64,000 nucleotides of DNA from assembly GCA_040954595.2 (NCBI GenBank), contig CM082595.2:6748193-6812192 (forward strand). The letters are read 5' to 3'. Shown here piece after piece: positions 1 through 16,208 of the stretch (its first letter is position 1; each line of letters begins with the position of its first letter). The DNA comes from Balanoglossus misakiensis (taxonomy: Eukaryota; Animalia; Hemichordata). The notes beneath the pieces are model-generated. The model was not told the origin of the DNA. It ran no database searches and was given only the letters and a program-made list of their open reading frames with translations. The position numbers were made by a program, and so were the translations under genes.

Positions 1-19
1 AAGTTTACACTAACGTACA

Positions 20-83
20 TCTATCTATCTGTCTGTCTGTCTGTCTGTCTGTATGTCTGTCTATCTGTCTATCTGTGATAGAT
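20..83. repeat. (TCTA/TCTG)n microsatellite
   Basis: Tetranucleotide repeat read directly. Confidence 0.9.
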
Positions 84-1210
84 AATTTCCTACACAGGTG
101 ACTGAATACAATCATTCATCTGTATAATACACATGAAATTGCCAATCTATCCATAGTTTTTTTCCATTAGTGACTGATGTCCATTTCTCTTTGTGAATAC
201 CTTTTAGAATTTATTTTATCATCACCTGCTTGTGCAGTAAACAGACTCATTAACTCCAGGGTGACCACCTGTGATACTCGATAATGGCAGCTCTGATAAC
301 CGTCTCTTTAGAGCCACTCTCGGCTATTTAACAGTAGCGCTTTTTGAGGAAGCGAACCGGCAGTGTCGCGTTGAAAGCAGACGTCAAAAGCGTTCAAGAT
401 GACGATCACGTGGTGCGGCCGTGACAAGTCATGTAAATATTGGTGACTTGCGTCTGAAAAGGACAAATGCGGCAAACGACTTGCAGTTAAGACAAATATA
501 TACGAACAGCTTTTAAGAACTTGATCGGCGCAGGAAAGAGGAGAAATCCCCACGGAAAATCAGGGCCTTTGAATGTCATTTAGACTGACAGAAATAGGTT
601 ACTTTTCATCGTGTGCTGGGCTGGGGTATTTCGTTTCGAGTTAGCGTGCTGCGCTCGTACGCCTCGGCTTTGATTGGAAATCGGAGCGTGTCTTCGGATA
701 ATCACAGGTCGGCATTGCCAACACGCTCTGACACAGCGGCCTTTAATACTCACGGATTCTCTCCCCGACACTCTAATTCCTGTTTACCGAAGACTGTCAT
801 TCCGGAATCGATTAAATTACAGCGGTTTAACAGCCTGCGCTGGCAATTTACTTCCCGGTCTTGGGGGCATGGCGGATATTAAGTATACAGTATATATTTG
901 AGCTGCGGGGAGACACCGTGTCAGGACTCCCGTGTAGTCTGTTTCAGCGCGAAGGGGGGGGGGGGGAACATCGAGAATGCTCCCCGCTGTCAACTCATCG
1001 AATTGAGGTTGACACGAAGCGTAAAATTATACTTATTCGTATTTGTGTACAATGATTCCTAATATTTTTCGTGTTGATCAGGTGTGGACTAGACGCGTTT
1101 CGCGCCAGTGCACGCGTATTTACGGTTTACTGCGCGCGGATTTGTGTGTAAATTACTAACAGATAATAACTGATGAACAATCAGCGACAGGTCTGTATCG
1201 CGCAATCGAA

Positions 1211-1585
1211 TAGTCTGGTTCCCTGCCCCAATCCCACCGCTGGCTGCGCTACGCTAAAGGGAAAGGGGTCAGGTACGGCCCGATTTCACACCCAGAAACC
1301 TGGGTGTGAAACAAGATGGATGCCTCCAATGTCCGTATGCCAGTCAAGATTCATCCAGGCAGTTTATTTTGTTTCGTTTGTTGTAAAGTTGGAAATCGAA
1401 TGATAAACATTCATGGAGGTGAAGGAGAGAACGGGAAATGAGTATCTTACAACAACTTATCAATTTAACAACTTAATTTTCGTATGTATTGACCAATGAG
1501 AGCCATGTTTACAATAGGCCGTGCCTGACCCTTTCCCTTTAGCGTAGCGCAGCCAGCGGTGGGATTGGGGCAGGGAACCAGACTA
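1211..1585. mobile_element. Non-autonomous DNA transposon (MITE), ~70-bp TIRs, 9-bp TSD
   Basis: TAGTCTGGTTCCCTGCCCCAATCCCACCGCTGGCTGCGCTACGCTAAAGGG at 1211, with its reverse complement ending at 1585. GCAATCGAA flanks both sides (1202-1210, 1586-1594). Partial TIR copies at ~55027-55063 and 59140-59200. Confidence 0.9.
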
Positions 1586-2578
1586 GCAATCGAACAGTAG
1601 ACAATCGACGACAGACATTACGTAAACAATTAACATATAGGAAATGGTGCTTCTATAATTAATATTCATACAAGCTTATAACCGTTATATTCACGCGTAG
1701 ACCCACATGGACTCAAATGTAATGGCCTTTTTTGATGCACGAGAGACGAGATAAGCATTTATTTTTAATGATCTTTTGGTTGTCGGCCGCCATGCAATGA
1801 TCAGGATACACGATCTCTACAAAGGCGACTTTACATTTACCGAATAAATAACCCCGCAGACAAGCCGACAGTGGCGGGGAGAGAGAAAAAAAATAGAGAT
1901 CGCCGATTAAACGGACAAATGAGTTTGTTCGTCAATTTTAGTCAACCACTCGCCGTGAATTCCAAATGTTGCACGATCGTACACATTTCCTGAGTCGAAG
2001 TACACCCATCGATTACATTGTCCAATAAAGCTGGGACACAATTCATTGTATTAAAACGCAACAGATCCGCAGGAGGCGTTGCCTGCAACTTCATCACGCC
2101 TCGTTATTCACGTATTTGCGTCGTTACCACACGTACAGTTTGCGCGAATTTCTCTGGGAAGGGTGCGTTTCCATGGCTACTGAGAGTAAGCTTTATTGAC
2201 GCATGAAACGTCAGTGTTAGCATCCCCACCATTCTAACGTCGTCTTCACATTCTACAAACAACCGCCAAACGACAAAACAGCAATCTAATCACAATGCAC
2301 ATGCGCACGTCATCAACAAATATTCTTCTAAAATAACCAACTATAGCCTTCATATGCGTGGTGTGTTAACATACGTCATATAGGCCTACCTACACATAGT
2401 TTTTTATGTAGTGAATAAAAAGACTCAAACATATTTTAATTTTGTTATATTGGAACAAAAAAGATGTAACAATAAATGCTTGTCAGATATAACCATCCCA
2501 CAACCAGTTTTCAAGAGATCGCACCATATCGTCCTATCACTTATACAGTTTCCTATATTCTCTGTTCTCGTCCTGCAG

Positions 2579-8195
<5,617 letters not shown>

Positions 8196-10274
8196 AGTGA
8201 GCCCCGGAGGGAAGGCTAACACTACCCCCATGTTCTTTATATCCACTGCACACAGAGTGGAGTTCCTGTGTTCCCTATTCTACCAAAGAATGATGAGACT
8301 TAATACAGTTACACCCTTCAATCAAATCGCCTGAATTATTCTCATAACGGATTTCGTATAGTATTCTTGACGACAAAATCCAGGACCTATCTGTCCATGT
8401 AATTTAAAGTTTGGGTCAACACACTCATAAAGTATGCATCCAGTTTGCATATGTATAAGTAAACACTGACTTTTATTTGTGAGTTGAATTCTCAAAATTG
8501 AATCAATCAGAGCGTCTCCACACAGTCTCCAAATTATCTTGTCGCCCCTCCCATTGCGAGTAGACTAACCCTAATGTGTTCACCGAGCCTGTGGACTACT
8601 CTAAGTGACAACAACGATTGGGATTGAATGAGAGTCCAACTTTGAAACGAAATCAAACTGAACTTCGATAGCAATAATGTTTAGATTTTTCAGCTGCATC
8701 ACACCACTTTCCGGGTTATAACTTGAATGAACTCGAACGATAACGATACAGGCGTACTCCTTGCATTTGCTTCCATGGCAACCGACCTTGTTTCTTCAAA
8801 ACCTCCCAAACAGCGCCTTCTATATATGGCTAGGTTGTTGCATATTCCCATATCGTCTACCCAGACACGCTCAACACTTTGTTAGTATTCAAACTTGTTC
8901 ATACTGATCGACCCTCTCAGAATGGTTTAGATCTGACAATGCTAAATGAATAAGATCGTCCTAATGTTCGATTCACTGAATCAACAAGTTGAAAAAGACA
9001 GGGATCTGGGATTCCTGGCAGAAAAATATTTGAAAAGTTTATCAATGCAATTAATTGTAACATATAGCTGTAAATATGGAGAGTTCACGATTAATTGGTT
9101 TGTAACAGAAATCGGAGAAGTTGTGAACAGACTTGACCGCTTCCTAGATTCACCTATTGATTGTTCGAAGCGCGAAATTATCAAATTTTGATTGTAGTGC
9201 ACCTCAGGTATGCCTGCTTCAAAACGGGGGCCATCCCAGTGCTGGCGGCCATTGAGAGGTAGGCTTTTCAAAATGTAAGCCATCGCCCTATTGGGCGACA
9301 GCAAGTCTGTCCGGCATCACTGTGCACGGTGAACCAATAGCAAGCAGCGTCTTTAGAGAGAGAGTCTACTTTTGTATGAATCGATTAATGTAGTCTTCCA
9401 TGTAAATGAGATTTTGATGTTGATTTTTTAGAAGTTTTAACTTATTGAAGCTCCATCGTTTCTGTATTACAGACGCTTGTGTGTGTGTCGAAATTTTGGC
9501 TAATGAGATTAATCGTTTTCTGTACTCCCAGTTTTGTCAATTTAAGAAAAAATGGACCAAACTGGCGAATGTCACTCTTAGCATTTGGTAACACGTGTCG
9601 GTCACGTGAATCACAGACAGACAACTGGGTTAGTGCTTTGGGATTCACATTTTCAGAGAACCTCTTAAGGTAACATTGATAAAAATATCCTGCTTACCTT
9701 GTTGTAAGGTAGTAACGTTCTCGCACATTTTTTTCAAATTCAATGATCACAGTGTTCAGATATGTAAAAAAAAATGTGTAAAAAAACATGAATTAATTAT
9801 TCAATGGAAATAATCCAAGCTTTAAGCTTGTTTTATGGTATTGTTAAACAATAACAGCGGAAAAAGTGTTATTTATGATTACTGTGTTACTTATTATTCA
9901 ATTGCGTGGCACAAGATTTTATCGGACAGCTGAAAAAGTGTTTGTATTCTCATTCAGGTGTTTTCAAGTGGTCATGGAATTTTTATGGGCTGCAATATTC
10001 GGGTTTTTGGTGCCACGAGGCCATGTTTTAATGGCCGGTCTAGTTTACCCAACGTAATTGGGTGATTTAATGAACAAGCTGGGATGGCTGCATGCACTTC
10101 GACACTTTTCACCGTCTGCAATGCTGAGGAATTCATGTCATAGGCGTCGCTTGTGCTGGAGCAGACTATTTACCAGTACATGTGCATGTACAATGAAAAT
10201 GGTTTGAGCTGCGCAGAAGTAATGTTCTGACCTTTGATTTTGTTCAACAGTCCAGTTGATAAGAAACACAGTGA

Positions 10275-10624
10275 TTGTATAAATTGTTGCCAGTCTCAGT
10301 TGAAAAGATACATTATTGTATAAATTGTCGCAAGTCTCAGTTGAAAAGATACATTATTGTATAAATTGTTGCGAGTCTCAGTTGAAAAGATACATTATTG
10401 TATAAATTGTTGCAAGTCTCAGTTGAAAATATACATTATTGTATAAATTGTTGCAAGTCTCAGTTGAAAAGATACATTATTGTATAAATTGTTGCGAGTC
10501 TCAGTTGAAAAGATACATTATTGTATAAATTGTTGCAAGTCTCACTTGAAAAGATACATTATTGTATAAATTGTTGCAAGTCTCAGTTGAAAAGATACAT
10601 TATTGTATACATTGTTGCAAGTCT
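10275..10624. repeat. 41-bp minisatellite, ~8.5 copies
   Basis: Unit GTCTCAGTTGAAAAGATACATTATTGTATAAATTGTTGCAA recurs at 10293, 10334 ... 10621 with no spacers. Confidence 0.95.
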
Positions 10625-13600
10625 AACAAAGACATATGTTGCCACCAGGGAAGAAATTTGGTTGTGTTTGGTTCAGGGTGATACATTCTTATCACTAAAG
10701 CATTCATTGCTGTCTAGACGACAGGTGGCTTTTCATTTTCGACTTGAATGAGAAAGCATTCAATGTGTGTTTATCAACAACATCGGTGGTCAGTATATTC
10801 TTTCTGTGCAGCTCAACCCGTTTTCGTTGTAGTATACTTTGAGAATGCGAGGCTATATAGTCTGAAAAATACATGAAAATAAGCGGAGTTGTAACATCAG
10901 TCCATCGATATTGTTAGCGTCAACCACCAGTTTCCAGCCTAGGTTTTGTACGACTGCCGAAGCAAATTGCGTCAGTCGGTTATCAGAGTCGAAAAGTTCG
11001 CCTTGTGACTAAAAATGATTTTTGTTTTCTGTTCCGTATGTTTGTTATACAACAGTATGCCGCTAATATGTCGGATAAACCTTTATATCACACCCTGACC
11101 CCCCCCCCCCCCCTCTCCTGCACATATCGGTCCGACCACACCAGAAAAGACAAGGGGGTTGAACTAAAACGTGTGAATAAAGGTGTTAAAAGAACAGCAT
11201 TCACAGTTCGAATGCATTCTAATTAGATGTACTTATCTGTAATAATCGAGAAAAGTTATTCTACATATCCAAGCTGTGGTAGTAACACTACTTATGAACT
11301 TATTATGGTGAAGGCATTCCATTGTTTATCTTTAAAATATTATTGTTTAGACTGCTTGACCGTTTGCTGATTGAGAAAAGTTTTAATATATAAATATAGC
11401 GTTATATAAATTAATGAAATATTGTTTGCTTTAATGATGGGCGTACATTCTGCTCAATGTACAAAGATGTTTATGTCATGTGTTAATTTATCGAGTCTTA
11501 TGTTTGGAATTACGTGGAAGAAAGATAATTAGGAGTTTTGACTATAAGCAGTTTCAAGTTGACCGTGGTCGATTAAGTAATTTATTATATCCCAGCAATT
11601 CTCCCGCTACACCCCCGGATCAAAATGGTCAAACCTCCAGCTGCAGCTGTGTATCGTTTGGATCGGAACAATCCATTGTATTATGGGTTAGAGTTACAAA
11701 GCTAACCCTAACGAAGCTGGAGTTCTTTGTTCCTAATTTGAACTTTTGATGTGTTCTTGAGTTTATTTTCTGTTTTCCTGTGTATCACGGAACCACATAT
11801 ACTCAGTTTGGTTAAATCTTGTGTTAAATGTAGTGTAACGTATTATGTATAGACTGAGCGATGCTTGTGATAAGCGAGCGTGTTTGAAGATGTATTCGAA
11901 GAATATTGCAATTTATGCTGTATAGAGTCGAGGACCTTCCTTATCAAAAGAATTCAAGTTCAAATGTACCCTTTTAGAATAAAATTTTCTGAAGTTTATA
12001 GAAATTTCATTGTCCGAGTGTTATTTTTTTATTTAGACGTGACATAACAACTCGACTGGTTGCATCGCTGAAACAAAAAGACAGGGAGATACATTGGGCC
12101 GCATACGTCCCCGCCTAGGTCAGAGTTCGAACAAACAAACGACAGCGCGAAAGAAACCTCTCCGAGACAGTAGCCTCATTCCACCCGCCAAGAGTTATTA
12201 CCGAGCGGATATTAAATTCCATCATTCAACACCGACAGAATTGCTTGTTAAATAACACCAGACACGGGGACTGCCCTGGTGCCTCGTTATTTACACGAAA
12301 CGACACCTTTCTCGATATTAAGCGCCAATTTTCCATCATTGAGCGTAATTGAGGTTGCCACTTCTTGTGATCCCGCGGATTTCTGTTACTATATTTGAAC
12401 ATCAATTTGTCGTTGATGTATCCCATGCTATTTGCAACAGATTGTGTTCCAATCCACCACTGCGCAGACTACACGTTTATTCTGTCACACTATCACCCAG
12501 TGCGTTATTTTGATATATTTCCTTGGAGGTTGGAACATTTCTGTCTTGATAATAGTCAATCTTCTACAAATTGTGTAAAGATGGTTGGTCCATTATTGTT
12601 TAACATATGTTCAGATTATGAACCTCTTTAAACACTTTGTCTTGATTTTGAAGAAGTAATTCGTGTAGTAACATTCCATCATAGCCTTATATCCAGAATT
12701 TCGAGAAAATTCTGTTAGTATAGTCATATCATTTTCTTAACTTTCGCAAAAAAGGTGAAGATTGTCCAGTATCGCCGTTATTGACTTCCTGGTAGAGCCA
12801 TTCGATGTTTCTAACAAAATGGAATAACTTGGGTGCAGAGAGCTCAACAATATTTTATCAGGTAAAAACTAGTTTTTTCTGTGTTGCTGCTTTGGGGCCA
12901 AAGGCTCTACAATGAGAAGAGAAATTCCGTATAGTGGAAAGTGTTCGATCACCTGACGCATACTGATACAATATCTCTGTGACTGTCATTAATGAATTCT
13001 TACGCAGGCCTGCCTTCTCCAACCTGCATCAGGACTTCAAAACCACTCTGAATCATTTTACGACAAACAGAATGGAAATACCGTTAAAAGCATTCGAGTA
13101 TGATAAACGATGTGTTGATTTAGCCAGAGCTTGGGCATCTATCAGCCATGTTGAAACAGACAGTACTGTCTATGGTTGAAAGCATGGCTATATTACATTG
13201 TCGACTGAAGGAAAGCCTGCAAGCTGACACAGGCCGTCGATGCTCCGGTTCGTTTTTATTTCAAGGATTATATCTTGTCTGGTGTACTACAAATATCCTA
13301 TGCACCAAGATAACTAAATTTTAAACAACCTATGGTAGAGGGCGCACTTCAGTTTCCACAAGACAGAATAAGCCTTGCACCTCCACCCCATAGTCACATG
13401 TTGAAGCACCCAGATCAACATCCGACTCGACACAGCTGCAAGGTTTAACTACAATGGCTACATGCCCAAAATTTAATGATAGTGCAATCAGCATTTCTTC
13501 AGGCTCATCTTCATTTATTGAAACAATGGTCTGTTTGCATTAAAGCTAGAAGTTGTGAGCGAGAATCAATCTTCAGGGCTAGGAACAATCATGTTCACTT

Positions 13601-13754
13601 GCACATATAAATGAAGCGTGTGGTGTATGGCTGTATTACTCGAGAAATAAAACATACAGAACACAGACATACTTGGATGCCTTTGCTTTATTGATTTGCA
13701 CTACTGGATGTAATATGCACAACACAAAGCAGACTTTGAAATAAAAGAGGCAGT

Positions 13755-15611
13755 TTAACTTTCGTCATCCTCATCTTCATCTTCATCCTGGTTGATCTGG
13801 AAGTAACGGAGTTCGTAGGTCTCTTTGTTGGACGCCACCACACGCAACCAATCTCTCAGGTTGTTCTTCTTCAGGTACTTCTTGGTCAAGTACTTCAGGT
13901 ATCTGAAAATTGAACATAAGATTTATTCAAATCAGTATAGAGTATGCACTTTTCTAACACTCTAAACAAGTTTTAGGGAGTTTTAAAAAAAGAACTCCAT
14001 GAACTTGATAAAAAGTAAATTAATACGCAAAATCAAGGAGTACCACAGATAAAAAATTCTGAAAGGCATTATCCATAATTATATTATACCAGTATATTGA
14101 TGGTGTAAATCACACTATTTTATTGGTCGAGACACGACCCATGACTGTGATATATTCGTCATATATCACGCAAAACTCATAGTCAAAGAAAATGCCTTTT
14201 TAAAATGTTTTATGCAAAGTTTCAATATACTGGTATAATATAATAGCAATAAAACACCCCCAGCCGTGGTATACCACTCGATTTTGACCAGTTCAACTCC
14301 ATATACGCACTCGCTATCGCTCGTGCGTATATGTCGTGAACTGGTCAAAATCTCGTGGTATACCATGGCTGGGGGTGTTTTATTGCTTAAATGGTTACTC
14401 TTTCTTATTTTCCAGATTTCAATTTTGCAAATCCACAAACCTTTTCGAGAAGGAAATGTCAGCCTGAACAATGAGCTTGCTCTTGTTCCGTTCAATGGTC
14501 ACATGGTTGCCAAGGTTACTAGTCTTGCCATCCACCTTGATCCTGTCATGCAAGAACTGCTCCTGTTGCATCAAGGGAGGAGAAAAGGGGATATTGGTAC
14601 AAGGTTAGGGAAGGTGGCCCTAACCCAACCAGGGAAGATAGCCCTGTTCATTTTGCTAGGGAAGATCACCCTAGTCTGTACCGAACTAGGGAAGATAACC
14701 CTAATTCACAAAGACAGGATTAATAACTTGCAAAGGAAATAACCTCAATGAAGTTAACCTTTTAATGCACATTGCAAGTGTATAATTTTAATAAAGTATA
14801 TTTCTGTCATTTTTACCAATGGTTCTTTCTCAATAAATATGCTTGAAAAAAAATTAAATACCACACATTACTTTTATCCAGCCTTTCGCATAAATTTCAG
14901 GCTTTTCTAAAATAAATCCAATTTATAAAGAAGCAAATTTCCACAATCAAATGTGATCACTTACAAAGTTATTGGCGTCCATGATGCCATCTTCAACAGG
15001 ATGGGCGCAGTCAATGACAAACTTAAAAGTTTGCTTCTTCTTTTTGCCTTTGCTGACTGGCTTGCCTTTTTTCTGATGAAACAAAAAAGCAAACGTCTTC
15101 CTTGAGTGACAATATTTGACAGAAGGCACCTGTCCACTATCAAGGTTATTTCACAGGTCCCCCTTTCCCCTACCACTGTCATGGCCATACCACGTGGTGT
15201 TTCGCAATATGGCCACCCTTGTTACAGGATAGGCGTCACGTCACACGCCATGGATGTCACAATATCGCCTAGCTGCAGTACCGTAGCTAAAGGTTTTCTA
15301 TTCCGATCCAACCGACGAACAGGGAAAAAAGAAATAGAGCGTACGGTACTGCAGCTGGCGACCAACAAGATGCAATTAATGCACACCAAGCATCACGTGG
15401 TCTCGGCCTACCAGCTTGGGCGAATTTCCGTACCCAGTTGTATAAAATCCCGTTTTAACGACTAAATTACCAATTATATTTATTCTTCACAGCTCAGTGT
15501 CATATTGAATAACTTAAAAACAACATGGTTTCATCAAAGGCTATATTTCACAGTCAAAAGAGCGAAAAATCAACCAGATATTCAGAGCAGCGTGAAACTT
15601 ACTACTGGCAT
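13755..15611 (-). CDS. RPL22: 60S ribosomal protein L22 (eL22), 128 aa
   Basis: Exons 15611-15603, 15072-14965, 14562-14441, 13902-13755 (387 nt) give [57 protein letters not shown]...[58 protein letters not shown] on the minus strand at ~13687. Confidence 0.97.
14081..14241. mobile_element. MITE-like element with 20-bp TIRs (RPL22 intron 3)
   Basis: ATATTATACCAGTATATTGA ... TCAATATACTGGTATAATAT. Confidence 0.7.
14245..14387. mobile_element. Near-perfect palindromic MITE (RPL22 intron 3)
   Basis: AGCAATAAAACACCCCCAGCC.TGGTATACCAC ... GTGGTATACCATGGCTGGGGGTGTTTTATTGCT folds back over almost its whole length. Confidence 0.8.
14603..14703 (-). promoter_or_regulatory. Array of four stem-loops in RPL22 intron 2 (putative RPL22-binding splicing-regulatory element)
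   Basis: On the pre-mRNA: UAGGG-uuaucuu-CCCUA, CUAGGG-ugaucuu-CCCUAG, CAGGG-cuaucuu-CCCUG, GGUUAGGG-ccaccuu-CCCUAACC. The structure is seen directly; the function is inferred. Confidence 0.7.
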
Positions 15612-15960
15612 GTTGGCGGTCGGAAGTAGAAAGGCCGTGGAATCTGTTTTACAGGGGCTTGGTACTCGGCAACACTCGGTTTCATTTAACGGAACACATT
15701 CCGACAAACATTGGGTATCTGTTTGTAAACACATTGGAAAGAAAACAAATTTTTGATGATAATATGGATTGATAGTTCAGAAGAATTGCAATTTATAGAA
15801 AACGGGGGAAAAAACTTGATTTTCCGAAGGTTACCGAACGAACGCGAACGGTATGATGGGAAAGGTCACGTCGTCCCCAAAATCCAATATGGCGGCGATG
15901 CCATGTTGACCTGCACGGAAAAATACGATTTATTTTGCGTGGGCCTTCATTTCTGGTAAA
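15612..15960. promoter_or_regulatory. Bidirectional promoter RPL22/GPS2 with 5'TOP tract
   Basis: Minus-strand CTTTCTACTTCC just 5' of the RPL22 ATG (TOP/TCT-like), ETS-type CGGAAGT at 15621, YY1-like AATATGGCGGCG at ~15887, likely GPS2 5'UTR donor near 15956. Confidence 0.7.
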
Positions 15961-16208
15961 CAAGTTAATCTTTACCTGTCGAGCTGTTCAGCGCAATTCA
16001 TATTCCAAATATATAGTCATTTTGTGTCTTTGATGTTATCACGATCGTTTCTGAGTTTGATTGTGGCTGGTATCAAATGATCACATTATGTGTACGAGTC
16101 TTTCAGATCAGCTGAGTTGACCTAGACCTCCACTGTACATATTTTCAGGGATTCGTTTCATTATCGCCACAGGTCTTGTGAAGCTAGCGAGTGTGTGCGT
16201 TGACCACG

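Noticed and set aside
2411-2578. In-frame hydrophobic stretch upstream of the TNFR exon as a signal peptide
   Set aside because: There is no in-frame ATG, and the hydrophobicity comes from the polypyrimidine tract before the CAG acceptor at 2578. The true first exon was not identified.
10275-10624. Possible CRISPR-like array
   Set aside because: The 41-bp units are contiguous with no unique spacers, there are no cas genes, and the context is eukaryotic. It is a minisatellite.
12226-13200. Coding-like minus-strand stretch including an RNPRD motif reminiscent of a sulfotransferase
   Set aside because: It has multiple stops and no other SULT motifs. It may be a decayed gene or TE; tBLASTx would be needed to decide.
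14266-14742. 158-aa plus-strand ORF
   Set aside because: It is antisense to RPL22 exon 3 and runs through a MITE and the hairpin array, so it is not a plausible protein.
15073-15602. snoRNA in RPL22 introns
   Set aside because: No convincing C/D or H/ACA box arrangement was seen by eye; an Infernal/Rfam scan would settle it.
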